The notes beneath the pieces are model-generated. The model was not told the DNA's origin, did no database searches, and saw only the letters and a program-made list of their open reading frames with translations. Below, piece after piece: positions 13,179-26,902 of a stretch of DNA of 64,000 nt. This DNA is from Octopus sinensis. Taxonomy: Eukaryota. Made by a program: the position numbers and the translations under genes. Where the stretch lies: the NCBI RefSeq assembly GCF_006345805.1, contig NC_043005.1, forward strand, positions 38,068,001-38,132,000, in the 5' to 3' direction. Positions within the stretch are counted from its first letter, which is position 1. Every line of letters starts with the position of its first letter.

Positions 13179-13417
13179 AGAGCATATGGCGTAGTGGTTA
13201 AGTGTGCAGGCTACTAACCCCAAGATTCTGAGTTCAAATTCAGGCAATGACCTGAATAGTAATAATAATAATAACAACGAAAAGTACCTTAGGAATGAGA
13301 ACCCAGGTTCGAAATTTCCCCAAGACACCTGATGAAGGCTGGATGGTATATCAGCTGAAATGTTGTGTTATCAACAAGCAAGATGAGGACAAATATCCAT
13401 CAAATGTAAATAATGTA
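13179..13417 (+). mobile_element. tRNA-headed SINE-like element with a hammerhead-bearing 3' part
   Basis: A box TGGCGTAGTGG 13187-97, B box GAGTTCAAATTC 13230-41, (AAT)n spacer, hammerhead 13325-68, aatgtaaataatgta tail. Confidence 0.7.
13325..13368 (+). ncRNA. Minimal hammerhead motif in the tail of a tRNA-headed SINE (slightly degenerate)
   Basis: ACAC-CTGATGA(13329-35)-A-GGCTG...CAGCT-GAAA(13357-60)-TG-TT-GTGT. Stem I ACAC/GTGT. GAAAT instead of GAAAC suggests CpG decay. Confidence 0.65.
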
Positions 13418-13734
13418 CTCTGGTTTTATGACATAAACTTCATATTCTAAAATGATCTAAATTAAAAAACCTTCAATCAAAATTTCATGTTAGTTTATGT
13501 TTCAAACACCAGCTTAAAACAATGACAAAGTTACTTTACTAAATTCCTCGTTATTTTTCAAATTAATTGAAATAAAAGCATTGTATTTCAATAGAAATAG
13601 GGTAACAAAAGAGTTAAACATCTGGATATGATTTCTATACAAAAACGTGTGTGAATGTGTATGTGTGTGTTTGTGTGTGTATGTGTGTGTGAGAGAGAGG
13701 GGGGAGGGGTAGAGAGGGAGAGAGAGATCATCAT

Positions 13735-14620
13735 TATCATTTAATGTCTGTTTTCCATTCTGGTTAGTCAGAAGACTGTGTCAAGCTCAACTGCCTGCTT
13801 TGGTATGGTTTCTATGGCTGGATGCCCTTCCTAACGTCTGTCACTTAACAGAGTGTACTGGGTGCTTTTTTTAAGTGGTGCTTGCAGTAGTGCTGTTGGC
13901 AAGTAACTCACAAGACAAGACCCATTAACTAATGCAGGAATAGTAATTAGGGATGATGTGGCCAGGTGATGAGAGGTTAGGGCATGAAATGAGGAATGAA
14001 AGTAGGTGTCTTGCAGTAAAGGAGATACATGGTGATTTCAATAGGAGAGAGGGGAGAAGATGGTGAAGATGTGACAGGTGGAGGAAAGGCTCAAGTTTCA
14101 GGGAGGTGTATAGAAGTAAGGTCGAGCCAAGGATTGGAAAAGGTGAGTGGGTAGATAAGTTTGTAAAAGTGCAAAAGGAAAGTGGGAGGTGGGGTGAGGG
14201 GATGTAGTGAGTGGGCACAGATTGAAGAAGATGAGATGGGGTTAAATTGTGGAGAAAAGAGTGAACAGGAGTACACTGCGAGCAGGTGGGTTTGCAAAGA
14301 TGCAAAAGGAGAATGGGAGATAGAGGTGAGGGGAATACAGTGAGTGGTGATCTTGGGTAGGTATGGGGGTGTAAGGAAGATTGGTTGTTGAGGAGGGGGT
14401 TTATGAGGATCAGATTGTGTGCAGGGGCATGGACATAAAATGACATGCCTTTAAGGTCTCAGTTTTACTTAGCTGGGTGAGTTTTCTCAAGCTCAGCAAA
14501 TCACTTAAAACCCTGGCCATTAAATCATCTTCCCTGTGAGGCTCATCATTTGAAGATCCTTTTTCACCACTTTTCTCTCACATCTTCCCGGGTCTTTTAT
14601 ACACATGCACACACACGCAC
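13735..14620 (-). mobile_element. RTE LINE 3' end with a purine-rich 3' UTR segment
   Basis: RTE tail at 13735-13920. The minus strand at 14500-14600 resembles the RTE C-terminus (..VKKDLQMMSLT..). The G/A-rich block at 13925-14450 lies between them. Confidence 0.6.
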
Positions 14621-15000
14621 AATTACGCATATGGGTTACACATTGTAAGAGAGTGAAAAATCTATCTTTCTATGTGCATCTCTATGCATTTGTATATATG
14701 TATGTTAATATATTAAAGTGAGAGAGAAAAGAATGGGAGAAATGATATTAAATAAAATAAAATTGATAAAAGACGATGATGTCAGCTGAAAATTCTCTAA
14801 TGAAAAAATGCCAAAGGAATGTCATTTCAGTAACAATACATATTAGAGATGTCAGTGCAGCTTACTTAATAAAGTGATAACCCCTACAGCCAAGAAGAAA
14901 ATAGATTCAATTTCATTCCTTGTCAGTTTTAACATAGGTTTGTTGTTAATGTTGTTGTTGATAGTTTGTTATTTCTACTCTTGTTACATCTGTCTGTCTG

Positions 15001-15054
<54 letters not shown>

Positions 15055-15639
15055 CATATAACATATGTGCACATTACACGTATCCTCATACATTTTCCTA
15101 TTTCTCCATCTACACATCAATCTATTCATATATCCATTCATTTATGTTGAACAGATAAACAGATAGATAGATTCAGATAGGCAGGTTGAGAAAGGTACAC
15201 AGTGTGAGATAGATAGGTAGATAAGTGGGCAGGTAGGTAAGTATGTAGGTACGTACATGAATGGATGGATAGATGGTTGGTTGGTTGGGTAGTGGTTGAT
15301 TGGACCTCATGCAATCAGCTTTCATCATTTCTTCCCATGTCTTATTTGGTCATCTCCCCAGGTTCCTTCCACTTTGCTTATTTGGCACTTCTTTATCCAA
15401 TTGTCATCTTCCATATGCTTCACCTGGCCACATCAACTCAGCCTTCTCCCTTACACACTACCAGCTCATTTGTAGTTTATTCTTCATACTTTATTCGTAT
15501 TACACGTCCAGCCAAGAATCATGCTCACCTGATTTCTTTCCCACCCACAGACATCCTCTGCACTCAATATCTATGTTTAGTTATCATGGAACATCTCACT
15601 TAATACACAACCAGAATAGACCCTGCCCTTTACTCATCA

Positions 15640-16050
15640 CCATCATCGTTTAACATCTGTTTTCCATGCTGGCATGGGTTGGATATATATATATATATAT
15701 ATACATCTATCATTATCATCATCATTATCATTTAATGTCCATTTTTCATATTGGTATGGGTTGGATGGTTTGACAAGGACTGGTAAGCCAGAGAGCTGTA
15801 CCAAGCCCCAATCTGATTTGGCTTGGTTTCTAAGACTGGATGCCCTTCCAAATGCCAACCACTCCAAAAGTGTAGTGGGTGCCTTTCATGTGTCTCGTGC
15901 ATGGGTGCCTTTTACAAGTCACCAGCGCTGGCCATGACTACAATTTCACTTGGCTTGATGTGTATTCTCAAGCACAGCACATAGCCAAAGGTCTTTATCA
16001 CTTGTCATCGCCCCTATGAGATTCAACATTTGAAGTTCATGCTTCACCAT
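15640..16050 (-). mobile_element. 5'-truncated RTE LINE 3' end
   Basis: Minus frame VKHELQMLNLIGAMTSDKDLWLCAVLENTHQAK* (RTE C-terminus) followed by the shared tail and (GAT)n. Confidence 0.75.
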
Positions 16051-16059
16051 ATATATATA

Positions 16060-16128
<69 letters not shown>

Positions 16129-17051
16129 CATACATACATACATACATACACACATAGATACATAGATATACATATAGATAGACGGATGGATGGACAGACA
16201 TCCGACTGAATGTATCTGTTATCAAGTAGGGAAAGTGAAGGCAAAATATTTATTCAGTAAAGGTGATTCTAATATATAACTCTGTTTCATTCAAGAGAAA
16301 TTTTTCAAGAGTGAAGTAATAAGAGCTTAGAAATATGTAGTCAATTACACAAATGGAAAGTACAAAGAAAATAACATAAAACATTCTGTATACATTTGTA
16401 TGCAAAAATATCATAAGAGGTAACTGAAGAAAAATTTGGAAAAACTACTATATAGTAACTAACTGAAATAAAGAGGAAAAAAGAAAATTTAGATAGAAAA
16501 TTTTGTGAACAACCTTCATAATGTAGTTGATATTATGATTATTGTATATGGTAAGAAGATAAATTATTTGAATAGCATAAAACACAGTGATATATAATTT
16601 AGTCATGATGGCATTCATTTCACAATTATAGTGAGGGAACTATTAATTAATTTTAATTTATAAATACAATTAAGTAGTTGAAAATTGAAAAAAGAAAATT
16701 AGGCTGCTCTGATTAATTTACATACAGATTATATGGATTCAATAATTTTAGATAAACAATTATTAGTGTTGTTTAATTTAAATCTAATTATGGAATTAGA
16801 ATGCACCCTAAAAATGTTAGTTCAGAAAGTGTGTTTAAGATAGGTTAAAAGATGTTATAGAGTAACAGAGTAAACTTTGTAAATTATATTAATTCTACAA
16901 GAGTAAGAATTCAGAAAGATTATGTCAAAAATATTAATTAAAGAATTAAGGTTAAGTATTTTATCTTATTCAGTTATTTGAAGATGGTTGTGGAAAGTAT
17001 TCATGAATAAGTTTATCAGAAAAATAAGATGAGCTCGGGCTCATGCATATG

Positions 17052-17099
<48 letters not shown>

Positions 17100-17464
17100 A
17101 TGTATGTATATATATGTATATATATCCAAATTGAGGGAGTGGAATAGGTAAAATGCAGATTACGTATATTTCTTAGTAAGCTGATACTCTGATGTAATAG
17201 TTACTCAACAAGGAAAGCTCAACTTAGCTAATTATCAGTCTAAGGCTACCTTCATTATATGAAGATTACATTGTTGCTTGGAATTTCCAAGTTAGTTCAC
17301 TACACCATATCAAAATTCACTGCAACTTCATAATGGGAAAAAGTGTGAAACTTTTGACGCCAATAAATTATTATCATACACTGCCAACCTTTTGTTCACT
17401 ACACCTGTCACAGACTCCTTGAAGCTTACAAACTTCCTACACTTGGATCACTGGATCCTACCTT

Positions 17465-17537
<73 letters not shown>

Positions 17538-17992
17538 GCCCAATATCATATAGAGTATGAATTTGAATTATGATATATCAATCCAAAGTTGTCAAACAAA
17601 ATATTTAATCAACCAGGATATTGTGGAAGTGTTTTAGGAAAGGAGGAGACAAGATAAGGGGAAATTAAATTAATGAGATGAATATTAATGGATAGTAAGG
17701 ACTATGTAATGAGGAGGTAATGAGGAATAAAAGGAATCTTTAATTGGAATAATACTAACTTAAGGGATTAATGAAATTATATTAATAAGGTAAACTTGAA
17801 TAAATGTCCATGTCCATGCAGAATGGTGCAACGGTTGGTATAATTAATTGGCTGAAAATATTTGGAGATTTTAAAAGGTTCATAAATATAAGAGAGACAA
17901 AATGAATAAATATGTGAATTATAAGCATCTTTGTCCTTTTTCCTAAATTTTAAATGGAAAATTCTAATCCCTCCAATAATTATGTAAAAATT

Positions 17993-18373
17993 GAGTGGCT
18001 GTGTGGTAAGTAGCTTGCTTACCAACCACATGGTTCTGGGTTCAGTCCCATTGCATAGCACCTTGGGCAAGTGTTTTCTACTATAGCCTCAGGCTGACCA
18101 AAGCCTTGTGAGTGGATTTGGTAGATGGAAACTGAAAGAAGCCCGTCATATATATGTATATATATTTATGTGTGTGTATATATGTTGGTGTGTCTGTGTT
18201 TGTCCTCCCAATATCGTTTGACAACCGATGCTGGTGTGTTTACATCCCCCGTAACATAGCAGTTTGGCAAAAGAAACCAATAGAATAAGTCCTAGAGTCA
18301 ATTTGCTCGACAAAAGGCAGTGCTCCAGCATGGCCACATTCAAATGACCAAAACAAGCAAAAGAGTAAAAGAG
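17993..18373 (+). mobile_element. Full-length CORE-type SINE
   Basis: gagtggctgtgtggtaagtagcttgcttaccaaccacatgg...aagagtaaaagag. Confidence 0.88.
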
Positions 18374-18880
18374 TCTTTTCTAACAACTGATCCCATTACG
18401 TGAAAATACTTGTATGAAAGATTAGATTTTTGGTAAATAGTATCTCCAAATTATGAATGAAACAAAAATTTAAAAATTCTTTTTCTTGTTAAATGATTTG
18501 GATTTGAATAATATTTACATCATATAGTATTGAGTTATATTTCAGTTTTCAGATATAGCTCACGAGGGAAGTTTCCTTGCTTTTGTTTGGGTTTCTTAAG
18601 GTGTAAGTATGGGAATTATATCTTAATTTGAAAAAACTAGACATATATTCAATGTATGTATGCTTTTGGTATCGGAAGATTTTTATGGCTGGATGGTTTC
18701 CCTATCAAGACAGCTCACTTGTTTCTCAAGCAAAGAAATATCTATCCAAAAATACAAAGACAATGGCTGACTGTATGACATTTTCTATCAGTAGATGTCA
18801 GTGGTTGCAACACAACCACAAATGATATTCCCACTATCTAAAGCCTTAGCTGCCACTGCTTTGTAAACATTCACACTGCA

Positions 18881-18924
<44 letters not shown>

Positions 18925-18974
18925 CTAAACTGGCAAAATGACCATTCCTAAATACAACAATATATATATATGCA

Positions 18975-19172
18975 GCACGGACTTTGTCAGTGAACAGGTC
19001 GCGGATTTTAGCGACGAAAATATTTTGACAAATTAAACTTAAATGTTGGAGTGAATCGAACGGCTTTTGTGTGTTTCTTAAATGGCTTATAAACACCTTC
19101 CACGCTGCAATTGTTTTCGTTTCAGCACACGATCTCAGATCAAATTACTTGCTATGCGAGTACATCTCCGTA
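18975..19172. repeat. CpG-rich interspersed repeat of unassigned class between (TA)n tracts
   Basis: gcagcacggactttgtcagtgaacaggtcgcggattttagcgacg... is GC/CpG-rich relative to its flanks. Confidence 0.4.
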
Positions 19173-19205
<33 letters not shown>

Positions 19206-19759
19206 ATATATGATTATATGTGTGTGTATGCTTACAGATAAGTAACAGGTGGTGACAGGAAGTGCATATATATATGTATACATATATATATAGTATTTAT
19301 TTTATGAATATTGGTTCATTGGTTCCTCTGCAAGAAAAATGCTAATCCTTGTAAATAAATATTTCTTCAATTAGTACATATAATTAAGTTTCTTATTTAA
19401 TTAGAGAATATGCTATGGACCCATAAAAAGACAAATACATATATTTTTGTATGTTTGATTGTATATAGATATCAAAATTGCTATTTCTATTGAGATCCAT
19501 AACAAGTTTTCCTGTTATATTCTACTCTCAGATTACATATATACATATAGAGAGTGAGCAAGTGACAGAATGGAATAGACAGAATAAGAAGAGACATGTG
19601 GGATAGAAAGTTGTTGATGAGGTTAAAGGATGTATGATGAAAGGAACTTTGACAAAGAAACTAATACAATAATAAGAAACCTGAAGCACAGACCAAATAT
19701 ATAGTGCATGTGTTTAATTAGCAAAATATGACAATCTTCAAGTATTACAATATAGACAT

Positions 19760-19980
19760 ATATATGTGTGTGTGTAATATATTTATATACATATGTGTAT
19801 ATATATGTATATATATACACATATGTATATATGTATATACATATGTTAATATGTATATATATATATATGTATGTATGTATATATGCGTATATATATATAT
19901 ATATATTATATATATATATGTAGATATATATATGTATGTATATATATATATGTAGGTATATATATGTATGTATATATATA

Positions 19981-20026
<46 letters not shown>
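19760..20026. repeat. Compound (TA)n/(TATG)n microsatellite
   Basis: Direct reading. Confidence 0.9.
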
Positions 20027-20141
20027 GTTTAAATATTTGTTGTGCAAGAATTTTTATGTGAAGTCATGTGTTTTTATTGGCTAAACTGGCAATATGACCA
20101 TTCCGAAATATAACAATATATATATATATATATATATATAT

Positions 20142-20297
20142 TGTGACCACCTTTGGTCATGATTGACCATGGGATTGCACCTAGAAAGTTACCCTCCGAG
20201 GCACAAGCATGGGCAAGGTTGTTTATGGAAGACCAGCAGTCGCCCATGCATACCAGCCTCCCCTCTCCACACCACCAATGTTATCCAAGAGAAAGGC
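20142..20297 (-). mobile_element. SINE/LINE 3'-tail fragment
   Basis: GC-rich block gattgcacctagaaagttaccctccgaggcacaag... inserted after (TA)n. Confidence 0.5.
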
Positions 20298-20586
20298 TTG
20301 AGTCCTCAATTTTGTTGTTTAAGGTAATGAGCTGATATTTTTGTGTTCTTTAAGTATATCCTCGTTTGTATTTTTATTTGATGTGTTTATCTTCTGTGGC
20401 ATTTTCGGTCTCGCATGCTTTAATATATGCGGGTGAGAAACTTGGTATGCGAGTGCCCATGGTTGGATGTATAAAAAACAAAACAGAATGAAAAACTACA
20501 GAAGGCTTGTATTATGTGATTAAAGAATATATTTTGTCATGTTAGGAAAATGTTATAAAATTTTGGGTGTAGTGACATTGTTTTTG

Positions 20587-20625
20587 GAGAAATAACCGGT
20601 TTCGTATTTCCTTTTCAAATTTCTC
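20587..20625 (-). ncRNA. Degenerate minimal hammerhead in the 3' region of a Penelope-like element
   Basis: Minus strand GAGAAAT-TTGAAAA-GGAAATAC-GAAA-CCGG-TT-ATTTCTC. Perfect 7-bp stem I and palindromic ACCGGT stem III; the core has two mutations relative to CTGAAGA. Confidence 0.55.
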
Positions 20626-20848
20626 AAATTTCTTTACCGATATTGTGTCATCTCTTCGCTATGGTGTGATGTAAGAGAGTTCCAAACAGGGGGAGGTAAT
20701 CAGGGATTTTTTCAGTATAAGGGGGATAATCAAAAATGTTGAGAATGGTTAGGTTTTATTAATTTAACATGATTTGGTTTTGACAGAATAAAATTTTAGA
20801 ATTTTGCTTTATATATTTTGATGAGGTAAGTTTCCTTTGTTAAAAATG

Positions 20849-21037
20849 CTAGAAATGGTTAAGTTTTGGCTTATATTTTTCAATGAAGTAAGTTTCCTTA
20901 TTTAATCTAACTTGTGTTGATATTCCAAAGGTACGTTGATAAAATGGAAAGATTACAAATTGTGGTAGCAGTTGCTTTGTGCATCTCGCAATGTGTTCAC
21001 TAAAGGGTATCATTCTGTATTCTGGGAATGAAATCTG
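20849..21037 (-). pseudogene. Penelope-like element GIY-YIG endonuclease C-terminal fragment
   Basis: Minus-strand frame QISFPEYRMIPFSEHIARCTKQLLPQFVIFPFYQRTFGISTQVRLNKETYFIEKYKPKLNHF* has the PLE-type S-x-H...R-x3-E-x2-FI-x4-P-x-LN ending. Confidence 0.75.
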
Positions 21038-23199
21038 CTAGATTGCATTCCCAAAATATGGGATGATACCCTTAATAACATTTTCCTAACATAACTATTT
21101 GAATATATTCTTTAACTAGTCTTCTATAGTTTTTTCCTTCTGTTTTGTTTTTTATACATCCAACCACGTGTTTTCACATACTAACTCTCTCTCACACACA
21201 TACGCACACACACATATATATATATATATGCACATGAATATATAAATGCACACATATATATATACACACAAATACACACAGACATATGATATATAGACAG
21301 GCATATATATACACACACATATACATACATAGCTTCAATTGGTTATAAATTTCATTAATATCTTTGTGGCTCAGTGCCAATGTGAGAAAATACTAAGCCC
21401 ATGTATACACAAAATCTCCCCTATTGTGAGCACTTCCTGTTCTTTGTCTACATCCTCCACACATGCTCAGAACCAAGCAGTTTTTCCTACTTCACATCAC
21501 CATCATCCCTCTCTCTCTCTTTCTCTCTTTGTCCACTAATCATTAAGATATGACTATCAATTTTTCATATTTTTCCTCAGACATTATTTCATATCAGGTT
21601 GTTGTTAATAAATCACATTCATTTAAAAGTTTGCCTTTGAATAATCTCCTTGACTTCTACAAGAATGAATTTATGCAAAGGTATTGGACAGTGTTAGGTG
21701 GAGGTGAAACGTTCGAGGGTGTGCATATATGTGTGTGTGTGAGAGAGTGTGTGTAGTGAGAGAGTGAGAGGGAGAAAGAGAAAAGAAGGGGAGCGATGGA
21801 AGTTGACCAAGCATGGGAGATACAATTCAAAAATGATTACTGTCATCATTATTTTCATTGTAATTATATTTTATTACTTTTTTATTGTTATGAATATCTT
21901 TCATCTTTATATGTATTTGATTTAACTTGCAGAAAAATATCTATTATTATCATTATTATTATTATTGGTGGTGGTGGTGGTATTATTATTACTTTTATTA
22001 TTATTACTATCATTATTATTATTATTATTTATTACTAATACTACTGAACGTAGAGATTAAATTTCTATTGTTTCTATCTCATAAATGAAATGTAAATGTC
22101 TGAGAAAAATCGCCACAAAAGACAACATGTCCACCATCAAGCATTTGTTTTTCGTTTATTTTTCTTCATTTTTACATAATTTTTTTTAATGCTTTTATTT
22201 TCATTATTGCTATTATTGTTATTATTAATTGTCTGTGAATGAAACCAAAATTGAAGATTTTTAGAAGCTTTTATTTGAAAATCATTGTCAAAATTCAGTT
22301 CCACCCCTCAGACATCTACCGTGACACACCACATACAAATAATTAGATACAGTAGAAAACAATGAAATGATGAAAAAATTTTATTACAAAACAGTGTGTG
22401 TGTGCATGTGTATGTAAGTATGTGCACATGTGTGTGTGTGTGAAATGAGAGAGCTTCCACTGATCAGGAACAAAGATTAGTATTTAATGTCGTCCCTTTC
22501 CTCTCCTCTTCTCTTCTTTCAAAAATTTATTTGTTTTACAGTATTCAAGTTCAGGTCTTTAATGTTTTATGTACGTGTCCATCCTGTATCCTTCCTTGTT
22601 CTTTAATAAATGGGAGGTGGATGGGGTCAACAAGAGGTTTAGGAAGTGCAGAACTTCCCAGCAAAATTGATACACAATGATTGATATATAGATAGATAGA
22701 TAGATAGATAGATATTCACACACACAGACACATCTAGTATCTGCATGTCCGAAGAGATAGTATCTCAGGATAAATACTGTTGTAACCTGTCTTTCAAAGA
22801 CAAATACACATTAAGTTATATATATATATATTGGTAAATGATTAATAAAGAACTCCAGGCACTCTTATGACAGAGTCCAAGGTTATAGTTCATTACCATT
22901 CAATATTGTATATCTGTGGTTGTGCTCCAGTCAAACTGGTTTTTACAAAGAGTGACATACAAGACAAGGTATAAATAATGGTTATTACATATTTTTCCTT
23001 TATTGGAGTAAACCTGGCTTACAGCCGTTTCCAGTAGTCATTATAAGTTTGTTACTTATTGGTTTCTCAATTGGTCTATTGATCATTTGAGAAAAGTTGC
23101 ATGACCTAAAAAATTAATGCTACTTTCATCAGAGCATGGCAACAGTCTAATGACTGAAACAAGTAAAAGAGAAATAATGATTATAATAATCCTTTCTAT

Positions 23200-23375
23200 T
23201 AAAGGCACAAGGCCTGACATTTTGGTGGAGGAGATAAATTGATTACATTGATCCCAGTGTTTCAGTGGTATTTAATTTATTGACCCCAAAAAGATGAAAG
23301 GCAAAGTCAACCTTGGCAGGATTTGAGTTTAGAATGTAAAGACAGACGAAATGCTGCTAGGCATTTTGCCTGGCA
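23200..23375 (-). mobile_element. Meta-like tRNA SINE
   Basis: tttattgaccccaaaaagatgaaaggcaaagtcaaccttggcaggatttgagtt. Confidence 0.7.
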
Positions 23376-23665
23376 TAACAATAATAATAAAAATGAATAC
23401 ATAAATAAATAATAGTAATAATAATATCAAACCACAATAATAATAATAATAATAACATCAATATCAATAATAAAATAAATAAAAAGATAAAATAAAATAT
23501 AATTAAAAAAATTTAAATGATTTTAAAATTCAACTAAATAGAAAAAATAATACACATACATATATATGCAATTAAAATAATAAGGGTGAAAAATTTAATA
23601 TTAATTTGATTGATATCAATTTAAAACCAGTGGCCTAGCATATTGAAAAATCTGAAGATTCAGAA

Positions 23666-23985
23666 AAATTATATTACATACATATAAGAGGGATGACCAC
23701 TAAGTGGACATACATTATGCTAGAAGTCGACCCCCTATGGTCTTACCACTAAGAAAGGAATGTTCTCAAGAAAATTTAGCAAACACTAGAATGTAAGTGA
23801 ACAAGACAAATGAAAAGATACAAAATATACAGACTAATCACAAACCAATTTCGTTATTACCATTTATGTAATCACTTATGTAGATGTCTGCAACTTGTCA
23901 GTGTGATCGTCAGAAGGTTGACTTCTAGCATAATGGATGTCCACTTAGCGGTCATCCCTCTTATATGTATGTTATATGTGAAATT
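23666..23985. repeat. Inverted repeat, 57-bp arms (23676-23732 and 23916-23972)
   Basis: acatacatataagagggatgaccactaagtggacat... versus its reverse complement. CTGACGA on the minus strand at 23907-13 abuts the right arm. Confidence 0.7.
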
Positions 23986-24509
23986 AGGTCATTTTCATTT
24001 ATCTCTGAGGCATTATACCCAACTCAACCAGTGTCTCTTGCTATAATGTTAAAGTTATCTAGAGAACCTGCAGAAGGATTTATTATAAAAATGCTTACAA
24101 CGTATCACTAATTCCTGCCTGCAGTTAATAAGAATACTCTCTTATGTAAGTATTGGGTGTAACTGCTCTAAGTAAAGTTCACATCTATTTCTTCCTATTT
24201 CATACAGTTTTTCTTGACATAGGATTGACCATTTTGACTCATATTCTGTCTTTTCATCTCTAAGTATCTATATTAGCTTGCTATTGCTTGCCATTACACA
24301 TGTTTCATTTGCTAATAGGAATTACAGTGTTTTACATGTTATATAGATGTGTGTAAAGAATTTCCTATTAGAAATTCTTCAGACAGAGAAATTACATAAT
24401 ACAAATTTTACACCTGGATGAAGCATTTATATTTAGTAACCAGGAGTTGTTGATTTTTGAGGTGAAGGAAGAAAGAGCAAATTAAATATTACAGAAAAAG
24501 CAAAGAGTG

Positions 24510-25287
24510 TGAGAGTTATACACACACACACACACAAACATATACATAGATATACACACACACGCACATATATATTTACATAGACACACACACACACATA
24601 TATATACATATGCATATATACATGCATGCATACATATGTATATGTATGCATATATATGCACACACACTCACACATTCTTACACAAAATCATAGACATGTT
24701 CATATTTAGATTTATATAAACAAGTCTATGTATGTAAATCTTTACAAACATCTGTATATAAAAACATACTCAGATTATTCAAGTATATATAGACACACAC
24801 ACATATACATATATATGCACATGTATATACTACATATGCACAAATATGTATATACATGCACATGCATCACACATGCACATACTTAAACATACATATACCC
24901 ATATTTATACACAAATATACACATACATACATAGGTTTATAAACATACACATTTACATACATGCATCATCATATGTAAAATTTGAAACACGATTGCAAAG
25001 AGTTACATATATCTATTTTTACACAGCAAAAAAGAAAATACAAATGTTTGTAGAAGAAATATAATTAAATAAAACAATAATACATATAATTTTATGGGTG
25101 TGGGGAGGAAATATAGATGTAAGTGTATATACTGTTTGAACCAAAAACAAGAAAAAAATAATTCAAAAACCATAGGAGTATTTATACATCTATATAAGTT
25201 GATGCTCATAAACACACTCACACACACATACAAATTTATATGCATACATTTTATTGTACATACCTGCAACATATAAAGAAGTGTATG

Positions 25288-25323
<36 letters not shown>

Positions 25324-25487
25324 ATATATATAAATATATATACCAAAACAAAAATACACAAAGTTTATAATTGTTGTTGATTTCATAACCATAAATATTT
25401 TAAAAATGAGATGGAGTAAATTGTATTTAGTAAGTGAGTATGTAATTTATGATGATGTTTATTTGATTATAGATAACTAAGATGTAT

Positions 25488-25531
<44 letters not shown>

Positions 25532-25604
25532 GAGAAACAAAGAAATGAGAGGTAGTGATGCAGATAAACACAACTGGGCTTGACATGTATATAATACATA
25601 TATA

Positions 25605-25665
<61 letters not shown>

Positions 25666-25700
25666 CACATAAACACATATATCTATATATATATATATAT
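24510..25700. repeat. Microsatellite-rich tract (CA/TA/GA/GATA)
   Basis: Direct reading. Confidence 0.8.
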
Positions 25701-26864
25701 ATTTATCTGCATCGTTACCTCCATATTAACTCACCTTGGCTTTCTCAAGTAACCACTTTTGACAATCTGTAGGCCTAGATCTGAATGAAGACTTCTAGAG
25801 AGTCCCTTTAAGTAATGTCTTAACAACCAGATGTCCTCTTTTAGGATCTCTGAGAGGCCAGCTACATATGGCATTTAAAAGAAGAGGGTACCCCAAACAA
25901 TTAAATGGAAGCTCCTGAAGCAACCTGGGCCATACCATAACAGAAGTAAATGATGCAGACTTCATTTGGCTTTGAAAACAAGAATCCTGAAGAACTCACT
26001 TGATAGGTTGATGAGGATGGGGTCTTCTTAAACTCCAACAATGAAATGTTGAAAACATGGAAGTCCCTGCTTGCCTATTAGTGAACAAAGTGCATACAAA
26101 TGCTGACTAGTTTCAGATGCAACTGGAATCACTCAAAAGAGGACAACTACATCTTGCCCAGAAGAGATGTAGCTCTGTAGAAATTTGTTTCAGGATTTTT
26201 TACACAACCCTGACTAATGGGAGTCTGTTTTCTTACCTGCAGTTATAGAGAAATTATATACCTCTCACCAAAAAGTCTGATAAGTCACCATTTACAGTTA
26301 AGAACTTTATAGGTGCAAAACCTATGGCAACTTTTTCATCAGCCATTACCAACAACTATATTAATTATTTTAAAAGTGTTTGAGTATGCTTCTTTTTAGA
26401 CTTATGAGCTACTAATCGATTATATATATTCAACCTATTGTCCAAAGTAGGTAGACTAGGGGCCACTGCCAGATATAATTGGTCAGTAAGTATTTAAAAA
26501 CAAAAGACTTACTATTAATAAACCATTATTCTCTGGGGAAAAATAAATGAATGATATATGCTATAAGGGGCCTGAAGCTATTTAAGTCAATATAAAAATA
26601 AAAATATACATAAAACAAAATAAGACTAATTAAATAATAATAATAAAAATTTTGTTTTCTTTAAATTTTTCCTTGCATCTCACTTCATCAGAGATGTTGT
26701 ATATCTATATAAAGACTATGTGAGTTTTTCATTGCCCTCTTTTCTCTTTTCTATTCTCATTTCCTCTATTACTTGTCTCTCTCTGGAATTTCTTTTAGTA
26801 TCCAATAAAAAAGTATTATTCTATAACTTCCACTCTATAACAGTTTTCCTTTGAGCAACAGTTT

Positions 26865-26902
<38 letters not shown>

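Larger units (their letters stand above)
20300..21190 (-). mobile_element. Truncated Penelope-like retroelement with inverted terminal segment
   Basis: Contains the GIY-YIG fragment, a degenerate hammerhead, and imperfect inverted arms at 20460-20556 and 21075-21166. Confidence 0.65.

Noticed and set aside
13925-14446. 173-aa minus-strand ORF, the longest in the track
   Set aside because: Low-complexity P/S/L/H translation of a purine-rich block inside an RTE 3' region; no domain motifs or splice support.
16960-17015. TTGAAGA...GAAA near cttattca/tgaataag pairing at the end of an AT-rich block
   Set aside because: Spacing and stems are inconsistent with a hammerhead; at best a very old PLE relic.
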